A stretch of 56,135 nucleotides of DNA from a virus, in the IMG/VR virus record IMGVR_UViG_3300045988_130618, positions 1 to 56,135 of that record. One strand, given 5' to 3'. A program made the translations under genes and the position numbers. Every line of letters starts with the position of its first letter. Position 1 is the first letter of the stretch. Below, piece after piece: positions 42,446-51,965 of this stretch. Under the pieces are notes generated by a model. It saw nothing but the letters and a program-made list of their open reading frames with translations, had not been told where the DNA came from and searched no databases.

Positions 42446-43564
42446 TTATGGTTTACTTTGTTTTCCTTGATAACCTGGAACATATGCTCTATCATATCTC
42501 TTTTTTAATTGAGCTTGTTCTGCTACATATCTATATTGTTTTTGTATAGCAGTTAGTTCTGATTTTTCCTTTTTAAAATCTATATCAGCTTTATTTAAAG
42601 CTATTATTTCATCTTTTTTGTATCTCATTTTAGTTTCCAGTTGTCGCATAATCTGACTAGCTTCATAACGTGTTACGTCTTTATCACCTATTGTTATAGA
42701 TTCCTTACTATAATCTTTCATTTGTTCCAAATCTTTCTGAGTATAACCTTTAGGTGATACACCTAATATGATATATGATATTCCGTGATGACAATTACAT
42801 GTTCCTATCTTACGCTTTAAATTGTTATTAATAGATTCATACTTAGCTATAGAATATTGTTTGCCTTGATATGGAAGATGGTCATCTGCACATAAGCTGT
42901 GAGCATCTATTTCTATTCCATCCGCTCCATACTGTGAAGCACTTTCTTTTCTAACACCTGCATTTACTTGCCTAACACCTTCTAAAATATTCATTCTGGA
43001 GGCACTATCTAGTCTACGTGTATGTCCACTAGCATATTTCACTCTTAAGCCTTCATTAGCTTTTTGCTTTAATATATCACGTATAGCAGAATTATAATCC
43101 TGTACTCCCATAGTTACACTTGTTATAGCTGTATCAATTAACTCTCTATAATTATCTTGTATAGATGTTGTATTAGACATATTAAGAAATGTTCCAGCAG
43201 TTAATTGCTTTATAGATTGTATATAGTTTTGTATTGTTATATTTTTAGAAAAAGGGACTTGCTTTATACCTCTTGCTTGATATAAATAAGCTACATCTCC
43301 ATATTCTTCAAATCCACTTCTATCATATAACTCATATATTTCATTTAATGCCAATTTTGTCTGTTTAGATAATTCCTGATTAATTTCATCTATATTCTGT
43401 CCCATAATAGCAAATTGTTCTAATCTATGTAGATTAGAAGCAGATAGTTGTCCTATCTGCCTAATCTGCTTTGCCATTAAAGTTATATACTTAGTGGTAA
43501 CAAGTTCAAATCTATTAGAAATAGTATAAGCTATATCTGTTAATTCCTGAGGTGTTAATGTCAT
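42446..43564 (-). CDS. Minor head protein (SPP1 gp7 / Mu F-like head morphogenesis)
   Basis: 372-aa ORF directly after the portal gene, the canonical position. Confidence 0.55.
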   Translation of the reverse strand: MTLTPQELTDIAYTISNRFELVTTKYITLMAKQIRQIGQLSASNLHRLEQFAIMGQNIDEINQELSKQTKLALNEIYELYDRSGFEEYGDVAYLYQARGIKQVPFSKNITIQNYIQSIKQLTAGTFLNMSNTTSIQDNYRELIDTAITSVTMGVQDYNSAIRDILKQKANEGLRVKYASGHTRRLDSASRMNILEGVRQVNAGVRKESASQYGADGIEIDAHSLCADDHLPYQGKQYSIAKYESINNNLKRKIGTCNCHHGISYIILGVSPKGYTQKDLEQMKDYSKESITIGDKDVTRYEASQIMRQLETKMRYKKDEIIALNKADIDFKKEKSELTAIQKQYRYVAEQAQLKKRYDRAYVPGYQGKQSKP

Positions 43565-43567
43565 TTA

Positions 43568-45145
43568 CTAATCCTCCTTGTTATCTTCTTCCTCTACTGG
43601 AGTTTTATTATTTTCATTACTTTCCAATGTAGTTTCCTTCCTTGTATTTGTGAATAAATCGTTCATCATTAATTCCTGTGCCTTTTTATCCATTTCATCA
43701 ATTTCTGTTTGTGCTGTTTCTACAGATTTTCCAGTATACCAAGCTCGTACTTCTGCTTTGCTTATAATACCTTCACGCTTAAGATTAAGTTTCTGTTCAA
43801 GAACTGTATCTGTATCTGTTAATACACTATCTCCCCAATCTAATGAGGTATCATAATCACCTTCAGGAGCTAAGTCATATAAATCAGTTAATACATTCAT
43901 AGCATATACAACATCCATTATACAATCTTCCAATGCTTCCTGATTATGTGATATAGTTGTATATGTTCTTTGTTTTAATATCTTAACTTCTGTAGCAGTT
44001 CTTGCTTCTGATTGCACCTGTGACAATGAACCTTTTGCTAATCCTATAAGAATTTCTATTTTTTCAAGATAAGCATTAAGTCCATTATTATAATTTTGGT
44101 CTCGTAGATTAGGAGCAAATTCCTTATATGTATCAGCAGTACCTAAATCAACTTTACGATATAATCTATCTTTAAGCTCATCCATTTTAGCTTCTGTTCC
44201 AAAGTAACCTTCATCAAATAATAAAGCAGTTGGGTCAACATCAATAGCAAGCTGACCTCCATTATATTCCCAATCAAGTCTGGAAAACTGTTTATCAGTT
44301 CTTTCTATCATCTTAACTGCTGGACTGAATAAAGATATACCTAAAGGAGAATCCATATCCACATTATTAGCCGTAGCCACACGATAATATCCATATAAAG
44401 GCTTATCAACATTTTCTATAGGTACAGGTTCTTGTGATATTGTACTCCAACGACTAACTTCACTTAGAGGAATTTCCTGCCCTAATTCCTGTTCTTTAGT
44501 ATCTTCACCTGTTCTATATTTAGCTTTATATGCTTTATTTTCTATAATTATTTTTCTTTCAGTGGCTGAAAATGTTTGCCTTTCTATCTTTGTGTAAATA
44601 AAATCACCTGCTATAAACTGGTCAATAAAAGCTATATCAGTTATATTTCCATCATCATCGAAAGAAATAGGACAAAAATCTCCTTGAAAATTAAAATCAA
44701 GGAATATCTGATTGTTATTTATATAAGGCTTTATAATCATACCACCTAAAGCAAGTGCCTTTTCTAATGTTTGTGGAAGTTTCTTTATAAGTCTTTTTTG
44801 GTATATGTCATTTAGATATTTAGCTCTTGTATCAATATCCTGATTATTCTTATCCTCCTCAATTTCATCATTAACTCCAGGCTCCTTGATACTTGTAACT
44901 AATTCAGATAATATCTGTTGTTGTGCTGTATCACATATAAGTTTAGCTAGTCCTAAAGAATATACACCTTGCTTATCATTAAGCCAAGGAGATTCATCCT
45001 TATACATAGATTTCCATAAATCAAAAGCGGCAGACATTTTATCAGAAATAACTGAATCACTTATATCTAAGGATTCGGCAACTGACTTATATCCAATCAT
45101 CTTTGCAAGAGCTTCATATATAAGATTTAATAATTTTTTAAACAT
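43568..45145 (-). CDS. Portal protein
   Basis: 525 aa with an acidic C-terminus, located upstream of the minor head protein gene. Confidence 0.75.
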   Translation of the reverse strand: MFKKLLNLIYEALAKMIGYKSVAESLDISDSVISDKMSAAFDLWKSMYKDESPWLNDKQGVYSLGLAKLICDTAQQQILSELVTSIKEPGVNDEIEEDKNNQDIDTRAKYLNDIYQKRLIKKLPQTLEKALALGGMIIKPYINNNQIFLDFNFQGDFCPISFDDDGNITDIAFIDQFIAGDFIYTKIERQTFSATERKIIIENKAYKAKYRTGEDTKEQELGQEIPLSEVSRWSTISQEPVPIENVDKPLYGYYRVATANNVDMDSPLGISLFSPAVKMIERTDKQFSRLDWEYNGGQLAIDVDPTALLFDEGYFGTEAKMDELKDRLYRKVDLGTADTYKEFAPNLRDQNYNNGLNAYLEKIEILIGLAKGSLSQVQSEARTATEVKILKQRTYTTISHNQEALEDCIMDVVYAMNVLTDLYDLAPEGDYDTSLDWGDSVLTDTDTVLEQKLNLKREGIISKAEVRAWYTGKSVETAQTEIDEMDKKAQELMMNDLFTNTRKETTLESNENNKTPVEEEDNKED

Positions 45146-45279
45146 TGTATTTATTCTCCTTATATTATTCAGTCATAGTTTTATATATTTATATTTTCAA
45201 GTTGTCACCTACTGCTAACATTTTATTTCAACACCTATTTTGAATTTTTATTCATTAAATTAATTAAACAGTAATTAAT

Positions 45280-46734
45280 TTAGTAGACTATAGTAAGAAT
45301 ATCCCCACCAACGCTTGCTGTGTTAGTAATTTTTATATTTCCATTATCAGCTAGTTCAATATTAACTTTTGAATTTTCTTTAAGGGCGTGAATAAACATT
45401 TTATTTCCAGGTTCGCTTCGCACTACATAAGTCCCCATATCAAATGCTGTTTCATATATTAAAAGCATTGTGTTTAATGGTATATATATTGTTTCCTTTG
45501 TATTTATAACATATTTATTTATAGTGTTGTCTAGATTATTTTTCAGCAGAGCAACATCTGCATTAAGCCGTCCTGTATCGCCTGTATAAGGAACGAAATC
45601 ATCATAGGTGGCATTAAGGTTAGTGGTGAGCATTGGCTTAAAAATAGCACTTTTAAGTGTTGTTCCTTTATATACTACTATTCGAAGCGAAACGGCGTTT
45701 GATGTTAAAATACTAGGGTTATTAATGATTACACCATTTCCGTAATCATTCTGCTGAACACCCGTTTCAGATATTATTAAACTTAATTTATAGGTTGTAT
45801 TGCTACCACCGGACGGACAGCCACATAGTTTTACATTTTCTTTAAGCTTTGCAAAATTAATTGTATTTAGGCTGATTGCAACTAAATCTGTAGCCGTACC
45901 ATTCAAAGTATAAGTATCATCCCCATTGTTAGTGCAAGTTACTCCATTTTGCGTAGTTGTTTGTAAAGTAGGATTCAAAAGATTTACAGTAGTTTCTTTC
46001 TTTAATGTATCTAAATCTTCTTTTACTTCTGTATCATCATATACTGTATCTGTAAATTTGGCATTTGCTGGAACATCACTATTTACAGTATGACCATTAA
46101 CTGTAGATGAATTTCCACCATTAGCAGGTAATTCAGTTGGAATTTCTGTCTTCTTTGCATAATCAGTCAAATCCACAGAAGTGTCACCAATGCATTGTAC
46201 AGTCCCATCAATAAGAAGATATTCTCTATATTTATCATTTCCTGTAACAGATTCAATCTTTAACATATAAATCGTATTCTTATCTGCTGTTTCTGAGCTT
46301 GGAATCTCTGTTACAATTTCACGTCTTAAATGGTCAGCATTACTAATCTGTTCTCCGACATATGTTTTTGTTGCATAAGTTGTGAGAGTATTAGTAACAT
46401 CTGCATCAGTTTGGTATTTATTGTCATTTTGTAAGTCACTTACTTTAGTTGGAATATCAGAAGAGTTTGCTTTCTTAATAATCTCTTCTTTAAGGGCAGT
46501 TAAAGAAGTAGAATGTTCTTCTAACTTAGCTCCTACTGTCTTTGCCTCTGCTGGAACTCCTTCTTCTGTCAATGTTGCATCTGTTAAATGTAAATCAACA
46601 GTATTCAGATTCCCAGACAAAGGAACATTGTTTATAGATGGCTTATTCATCAAGTCATTATAGTTAGTTGTTCCTCCTTCTCCGCCCCCACTTGTTTCAA
46701 TCTTTCTAAATCCAGGTATAACTACTCTTCCCAT
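45280..46734 (-). CDS. Fiber-like protein with phage tail-fiber repeat motifs
   Basis: NYNDLMNKPSINNVPLSGN and KVSDLQNDNKYQT motifs; Gly-rich N-terminus. Unusually placed between the terminase and portal genes. Confidence 0.5.
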   Translation of the reverse strand: MGRVVIPGFRKIETSGGGEGGTTNYNDLMNKPSINNVPLSGNLNTVDLHLTDATLTEEGVPAEAKTVGAKLEEHSTSLTALKEEIIKKANSSDIPTKVSDLQNDNKYQTDADVTNTLTTYATKTYVGEQISNADHLRREIVTEIPSSETADKNTIYMLKIESVTGNDKYREYLLIDGTVQCIGDTSVDLTDYAKKTEIPTELPANGGNSSTVNGHTVNSDVPANAKFTDTVYDDTEVKEDLDTLKKETTVNLLNPTLQTTTQNGVTCTNNGDDTYTLNGTATDLVAISLNTINFAKLKENVKLCGCPSGGSNTTYKLSLIISETGVQQNDYGNGVIINNPSILTSNAVSLRIVVYKGTTLKSAIFKPMLTTNLNATYDDFVPYTGDTGRLNADVALLKNNLDNTINKYVINTKETIYIPLNTMLLIYETAFDMGTYVVRSEPGNKMFIHALKENSKVNIELADNGNIKITNTASVGGDILTIVY

Positions 46735-47111
46735 TATTGTTCTCCTTTCAATTTTTCTACATACATATTAAGATAATTAATGCATTTTTGCAAGTCTTGT
46801 ATTTTAGCATTATCTTTCTTATTTCCGTTTCTACATAAATATCTCATAACTGTACCTAAATAGAAACCATCTTCATAATTCCAATTTCCTTTTTCTCCCC
46901 AAGCTTCTATCACTTTTATACATTCATATGTATTATTTTCTCCACCATAATAGCTGGCGTGATTTCCATCTATATATTCAGTATCTATAGATGTATCTTT
47001 TGCACAATCCTTAGGATGGTCTATTAATTCACAACTACCATCACTATACCAATTCCTATTATGTTCTGTGTCATTATATACAATATGCTTTTCCTCTTTT
47101 TTATAAGCCAT
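46734..47111 (-). CDS. DUF3310-family protein
   Basis: HASYYGGENNTYECIKVIEAW...GFYLGTVMRYLCRNGNKKDNAKIQDLQKCINYL fits the DUF3310 pattern. Confidence 0.55.
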   Translation of the reverse strand: MAYKKEEKHIVYNDTEHNRNWYSDGSCELIDHPKDCAKDTSIDTEYIDGNHASYYGGENNTYECIKVIEAWGEKGNWNYEDGFYLGTVMRYLCRNGNKKDNAKIQDLQKCINYLNMYVEKLKGEQ

Positions 47112-47124
47112 TATATGAACCTCC

Positions 47125-47448
47125 TTAATCTACTATATTATTAAAAATATCTGTCATTTTTGGAAATTGTAAAGCTATAAAATCCACTAATGTTTCATCA
47201 TCTTCATATTGACTTAAGCCGCTTTCGTGGAATATAGCGTGTATTATTTCGTGTCTTAATACTTCTTTATATCTTTCAGTACGTGATTCTAATGTATCTT
47301 CTGCAGATAACATATGCCAGCTAGGTTTTATATATATTATCTTTTCATATAAATCACATTCTCCATCTAAGCCTTGTTGTATAAGCCTTTCTTCGATATC
47401 CTTATCACGCTTAATCTGATATTGAACTCCTAAAATATTAATATTCAT
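47125..47448 (-). CDS. Putative zinc metallopeptidase (HExxH)
   Basis: VLRHEIIHAIFHESG. Confidence 0.45.
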   Translation of the reverse strand: MNINILGVQYQIKRDKDIEERLIQQGLDGECDLYEKIIYIKPSWHMLSAEDTLESRTERYKEVLRHEIIHAIFHESGLSQYEDDETLVDFIALQFPKMTDIFNNIVD

Positions 47449-47548
47449 TTTCTAACCTCCTTTATATATTGTATTAAAGCTATTATAAATCTTATTATGA
47501 AATAGGACAATGCACATATTCCCCATATTAGTGTTATTAATTCTAACA

Positions 47549-48817
47549 TCACTTGCCTTTCTTTTTCCACACAGATTCCATAGCATATCTTGTCATATCA
47601 ATACTATGATTGTCAGCATCAGGATAAGCTGATGTTGGATTTCCATCTTTGTCAAGAACATATTCATACTTCTTAAATTCTTTAGCTGTATCAGGACATC
47701 TTTTTGGGTCTATGACTATTTTAACTAACGATTGAAGCCATTTCATTCCATAACGTATACTTCCAGGTCCTTTCTCTGCAGGTCTTGCATTTATTCCAAA
47801 TGCTCTATAATCTGCAATAGACTTTTCTTCTGCACTATCACAAGTCACTATATCATATCTTCCTACATTAAATTCATCTTTTATAACCTGAGCTGTATCG
47901 GAGTTTTTCATCTTATTAGTTCTAAATTCTTCAAAGATATAAAGTATCATCCTTCTGCTATCATAGTACATACAGCCATAATGGAATGGGTCTGGATACC
48001 AACCCCAGTCAACACCTCTATATAGCTTATCCCATCTTGATATTTCTTCATCTGTTATTATTCTTTCTTCTATATTATCAAATACCTCAGTACCTGTACC
48101 TATTGCAACACCTAGATATTCGTGTTCATAAGCCTTAGGATTAACCATTTTAAGCCATTCAGCATCATCTATAAACTGTTGACCTAGCCATTCTTTAGGA
48201 GCTTGTAAGTATGTTGTATGAGATACTAATGTATCTTTTCTTAGCTTTTCCTGTGTTATATATTCATTAGCCCAGTTATTCTTTGACTTAGGTGGATTCA
48301 TTGATTTAAAAACAATGAAATCACTACCACCTCTAATAACAGACTGTTGAACTTTTCTTATCTCTTCTTCTCCAGCAAATTCATCAAACTCTTCAAACCA
48401 TAAATAACCTATATATCCAAATGGAACTTTTATAGATTTTGATTTTCTAGCTTTATCCAAGCCCTTAAATATAATTTTCTGTCCAGTTGGAAGATATGTA
48501 GCTCTCATAGGTGATTTGGTTAATTTCCATAAATGTGACACATTTAATTTATTAATAGCCCATTCAATTTGTGAATATACAGATGTTTCCAAAGTATCAG
48601 CTACTTTTCTATATATAACAGCGTGTTTCTTGCTGTTTTCCTCTTTCATCATATTATGAATTATTTCTATAGAAATAACTGAGGATTTTAATGAACCTCT
48701 ACCACCAGTTAAATCATAATATGTATGTCCTTTTTTCTTAATATCATTATGAACACCATAAAAAGCTGGACCTATACAATTAAGAAGTGATACACCTTTA
48801 ACTTTCTTCTGAAACAT
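47549..48817 (-). CDS. terL: Terminase large subunit
   Basis: Walker A-like LTGGRGSLKSS, Walker B YLWFEEFDE, and a C-terminal nuclease domain (GVDWGW...CDSAE...DNHSIDMTRY); 422 aa. Confidence 0.85.
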   Translation of the reverse strand: MFQKKVKGVSLLNCIGPAFYGVHNDIKKKGHTYYDLTGGRGSLKSSVISIEIIHNMMKEENSKKHAVIYRKVADTLETSVYSQIEWAINKLNVSHLWKLTKSPMRATYLPTGQKIIFKGLDKARKSKSIKVPFGYIGYLWFEEFDEFAGEEEIRKVQQSVIRGGSDFIVFKSMNPPKSKNNWANEYITQEKLRKDTLVSHTTYLQAPKEWLGQQFIDDAEWLKMVNPKAYEHEYLGVAIGTGTEVFDNIEERIITDEEISRWDKLYRGVDWGWYPDPFHYGCMYYDSRRMILYIFEEFRTNKMKNSDTAQVIKDEFNVGRYDIVTCDSAEEKSIADYRAFGINARPAEKGPGSIRYGMKWLQSLVKIVIDPKRCPDTAKEFKKYEYVLDKDGNPTSAYPDADNHSIDMTRYAMESVWKKKGK

Positions 48818-49247
48818 CTTCCACCTCTACATCATCTGGAATATCATCTATAATAGTAACTGCTGTCTGCACATTAATATTCTTAGCTCTTACATCTAAT
48901 CTATCTGCTAAAGCATTTGCTGCTTTGGTTCTTTCCTGTAATGATGGTTCCATATCGAAGCTATCTTTTTCCTCGCCTCTCATTACTCTTGTAAGATATT
49001 GCATTACTTCCTCTATACTAGCTATCTTGTCAGATTCCAGTCTTTCCCTTATTGCAGATATATATTCCTGGATTCTAACTTGCTTTAACAGTCTACAACC
49101 TTGTGCTGATGCTGTCTTAGCACTATAACCTGCTCTAATAGCTGATTGTGTTATGTTACTTGTTTCTATCCAATATAATACAAAGTCTATTTGTTTTTGA
49201 CTTAAATGTTTCTTTATTTCTTTTTCTTTATCTGTTTCATTCTTCAT
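48798..49247 (-). CDS. terS: Terminase small subunit
   Basis: LSQKQIDFVLYWIETSNITQSAIRAGYSAKTASAQGCRLLK is a Terminase_2-type HTH. Confidence 0.8.
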   Translation of the reverse strand: MKNETDKEKEIKKHLSQKQIDFVLYWIETSNITQSAIRAGYSAKTASAQGCRLLKQVRIQEYISAIRERLESDKIASIEEVMQYLTRVMRGEEKDSFDMEPSLQERTKAANALADRLDVRAKNINVQTAVTIIDDIPDDVEVEDVSEES

Positions 49248-49479
49248 TATTACTAGCCTCCTTCCATATTTCCTGTAATACTGATATTACTTTTATTTGA
49301 CTTGCTGTTCTTATTAATTGTTTTTTATTTCTTACTACTGTATACATAGTTATATATCTATCTTGTTGTTCTGAATAGAATTGAGATGTATTTATACATA
49401 CTATTATACCTTTTGATTTTAATGCTTTTTGTAATTTGAATATTAATGATTTAGTATCTATATTTACCCCGCCTTTCAT
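49237..49479 (-). CDS. Hypothetical protein
   Basis: 80-aa ORF overlapping the terS start; no clear RBS. Confidence 0.45.
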   Translation of the reverse strand: MKGGVNIDTKSLIFKLQKALKSKGIIVCINTSQFYSEQQDRYITMYTVVRNKKQLIRTASQIKVISVLQEIWKEASNNEE

Positions 49480-49514
49480 ATTTTTGTTAATATTATATTA
49501 ACATAATGTTAAAC

Positions 49515-49560
49515 TAAAAACAACATACCATCTTATTTATTTCTATAAGATAGTATGTTG
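49515..49560 (-). terminator. Rho-independent terminator
   Basis: caacatac(c)atctta / taagat(a)gtatgttg gives an interrupted 14-bp stem followed by TTTTT on the minus strand. Confidence 0.65.
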
Positions 49561-49568
49561 TTAATATA

Positions 49569-49679
49569 TTATTTCTTATTATGTTTTTCTTCTAATCTAT
49601 CCATATTCCCTGCCGCTTTTGTTAATGCAAATATGAATATAATAACTATTATAATAGCTAGTACTCCTAATATTATCAT
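49569..49679 (-). CDS. 36-aa single-TM peptide (not in the ORF track)
   Basis: AAAGGAGGAAAGTGA RBS before the ATG at 49679. Translation is MIILGVLAIIIVIIFIFALTKAAGNMDRLEEKHNKK. Confidence 0.5.
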   Translation of the reverse strand: MIILGVLAIIIVIIFIFALTKAAGNMDRLEEKHNKK

Positions 49680-49699
49680 TCACTTTCCTCCTTTATTTA

Positions 49700-49906
49700 C
49701 TACAATAATGATTCCTGTATTATTTCAGCAGGTACTTCATATACACATACATTATATATTAGAAAACTTAGAAAGCAGGATAATATAAATATAACTAAAC
49801 ATATGCAAGATACTTTTATATTCCTTTTCATTATCTTTTCTCTTTTATCATTATAATACTGTCTTTGTACCATACATACCAAATCTAAATTTAATTCCTT
49901 ATTCAT
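49700..49906 (-). CDS. 68-aa membrane protein (start trimmed to MNKELN)
   Basis: VSCICLVIFILSCFLSFLIYNV TM segment. The ATG overlaps the upstream stop (GATGAATAA). Confidence 0.5.
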   Translation of the reverse strand: MNKELNLDLVCMVQRQYYNDKREKIMKRNIKVSCICLVIFILSCFLSFLIYNVCVYEVPAEIIQESLL

Positions 49907-50066
49907 CTTCTGTATTCTCCTTTTCTTCCCATAATTTTTTATGGTTATTTTCTGCTTGATATTTTCTCCAGCATATTGCACCCATACCTAATTCAATAGC
50001 TTGTGGACTTCTTAATTTTCTTCCACATCTTTTACAAGTTGTTTGCTTTAATTCAGTATCTGACAT
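49899..50066 (-). CDS. 55-aa DUF6011-like zinc-ribbon protein (not in the ORF track)
   Basis: MSDTELKQTTCKRCGRKLRSPQAIELGMGAICW. The ATG overlaps the sigma gene stop (TAATG). Confidence 0.55.
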   Translation of the reverse strand: MSDTELKQTTCKRCGRKLRSPQAIELGMGAICWRKYQAENNHKKLWEEKENTEDE

Positions 50067-50569
50067 TATCCTACCTCCAACTTCTTTTTTATTTGAGTTA
50101 AAAGACGACTTATATATGATTGACTATAATGTAATTGTTTAGATATTTCATCCTGTGTAAATCCTAACATACATAATCTTACAATCTGTAATTGGCTATC
50201 ATTTAAAACATCTTCCAAATTATATGGTATAATTTCATCATAAGCTGTTAACCCATTAGTTATAAGCTCACTCCTAGAAAATATATCACCTTGTTCATTA
50301 TGTATTGGTTCATCTAATGAACACAATGTATCACATCTTCTCCTTTGTGACATATTCCTTCTACATTCTGCCTTATATTCATTATCCATAACAATAACTG
50401 CATAAGTAGCAAATTTTGAATTTTTAGCTTCATCATAATGTATAGCCGCCTTACATAATCCTAAGGCTAATATATCATAATATAAATCAATATCCAGATT
50501 TTTCTGTTGTATAAACCAATATATTAAATTATGGTTATCTGTTACAAGTCTTTCCTGTTCTTTTGTCAT
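50066..50569 (-). CDS. Sigma-70 family sigma factor (group 3, SigF/G-like)
   Basis: Region 2 with KFATYAVIVMDNEYKAECRR (compare the F[ST]TYAV motif). Region 4 HTH LQIVRLCMLGFTQDEISKQLHYSQSYISRLL; 167 aa. Confidence 0.8.
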   Translation of the reverse strand: MTKEQERLVTDNHNLIYWFIQQKNLDIDLYYDILALGLCKAAIHYDEAKNSKFATYAVIVMDNEYKAECRRNMSQRRRCDTLCSLDEPIHNEQGDIFSRSELITNGLTAYDEIIPYNLEDVLNDSQLQIVRLCMLGFTQDEISKQLHYSQSYISRLLTQIKKKLEVG

Positions 50570-50590
50570 TCAAGTGTCCTCCTTATAAAG

Positions 50591-50619
50591 TAGTGTTTTA
50601 AGTGTTATCGCTTCACATT
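50591..50619 (-). repeat. Conserved 29-nt element, copy 2; it ends 21 nt upstream of the sigma factor ATG
   Basis: 28/29 identity to 15651-15679. Confidence 0.85.
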
Positions 50620-50628
50620 TCATTGTTT

Positions 50629-50835
50629 TTATGCTTCTACTCTATGTCCATTTTCAAATATTGAACATACCCAATATCCTAATTTTTCAAAATAGCTTTT
50701 CATTGTTCTATAATTATAACTTCTTAAAAATGTAATTTCTTTTCCGTTTGATAAAGCATATACTGGAAATGAATTTGGTTCTGTACTTGCTAATCTTGCT
50801 TCCTCTAATGTTTCCATCATTTCTAAATCTGTCAT
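50629..50835 (-). CDS. Hypothetical protein
   Basis: 68-aa ORF downstream of promoter P7. Confidence 0.55.
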   Translation of the reverse strand: MTDLEMMETLEEARLASTEPNSFPVYALSNGKEITFLRSYNYRTMKSYFEKLGYWVCSIFENGHRVEA

Positions 50836-50880
50836 ATTAATTACCTCTTTCTATTTATATGTATTTCTTACTTCTATTAT

Positions 50881-50909
50881 ATTGTAATACATACATATAG
50901 AAATGTCAA
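50881..50909 (-). promoter_or_regulatory. SigmaA-type promoter P7 (TTGACA-N17-TACAAT)
   Basis: Minus strand reads TTGACAtttctatatgtatgtatTACAAT. Confidence 0.75.
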
Positions 50910-50920
50910 GTCTTTTTCAT

Positions 50921-50960
50921 AAAAAAAAAATAGGTGTATCTTTTAATTGAGATACACCTA
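50921..50960 (-). terminator. Rho-independent terminator after the clamp-loader operon
   Basis: taggtgtatc / gatacaccta gives a 10-bp stem with a 10-nt loop, followed by T10 on the minus strand. Confidence 0.75.
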
Positions 50961-51008
50961 ATAGAGGAGGAAAAATATAACATAACAAGTCTACTACATA
51001 ATAACATA

Positions 51009-51965
51009 TTACTTAATGCAATGCAACACCAAATATTCTAAGGCTATATCTTCATCTATTATACCCATCTTTATTCCTGCTTCTACTTGTTGACAAAATA
51101 ACATATTTCTTTTAACTTCTGGAATACTATATCCGCCTACATTTTTAGTACAACCATATAATTCTCCTTTTGTCATACCTGTTCTTTCTAATGCACCTTT
51201 TTTATTACTTCCAAGTCCTTGATAAGCTAATAAATTTCTAAAACCTGTATATAATATGCTTGCTATCATCATTGCAGGTTCTCCTTTTCTTTTAGCTTCA
51301 TCAAGTTTCTGTATAGCTGTATCTGGATATCCTCCTAATACTGCATTGGTTAATTCAAATGTTATATCACCTATTTCCTTATAGAACAAGCCTTGTTTAT
51401 TTAATAGCTTAAATGCACTATCTGTATTAGGTGTACCTTCTTTGTCAGCATAATAATTAACCCACTGATGTATCTTATCTATTTCCATTAAGATTCTACC
51501 ATAATCATAATTACACCATGATATTAGCTTAGAAGCGTTTTCCTCACTTAAATCAGGCAGTTTTTGATGAATATAGTTGATTAGTACATCTTCGGATAAG
51601 TGTGTAAATTCTACAGCATTTCCTTTATTCTGTGAATAGAATTTTCCTCTCTTATCCAAACTATGATATTTAAGCAGTAATATATGATTATTTTTTTCAA
51701 AAGTCTTTTTTATATTATTCCAATTCTCTTCAGCTTTAATATAATTAACATCCTCATTAATAATATATACTTTATTAGATTTATCCAGGCTTTTTACTCG
51801 CATATTATTTAAAGCACTTACTACATTATCACAATATACAATTTTATAAGACTGAGCTATATGTTGAATATAAACATCTAATATAGCTTGTTCTTCCCCA
51901 AATAAAATTAAATAATGAGGTATTGTATTCTGTGAAATAGCTTTCATTAGATTTACAAGTTCCAT
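51009..51965 (-). CDS. Clamp loader delta (HolA-like) subunit
   Basis: HYLILFGEEQAILDVY N-terminus, 318 aa, operon context with the DnaX-like and delta-prime-like genes. Confidence 0.5.
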   Translation of the reverse strand: MELVNLMKAISQNTIPHYLILFGEEQAILDVYIQHIAQSYKIVYCDNVVSALNNMRVKSLDKSNKVYIINEDVNYIKAEENWNNIKKTFEKNNHILLLKYHSLDKRGKFYSQNKGNAVEFTHLSEDVLINYIHQKLPDLSEENASKLISWCNYDYGRILMEIDKIHQWVNYYADKEGTPNTDSAFKLLNKQGLFYKEIGDITFELTNAVLGGYPDTAIQKLDEAKRKGEPAMMIASILYTGFRNLLAYQGLGSNKKGALERTGMTKGELYGCTKNVGGYSIPEVKRNMLFCQQVEAGIKMGIIDEDIALEYLVLHCIK

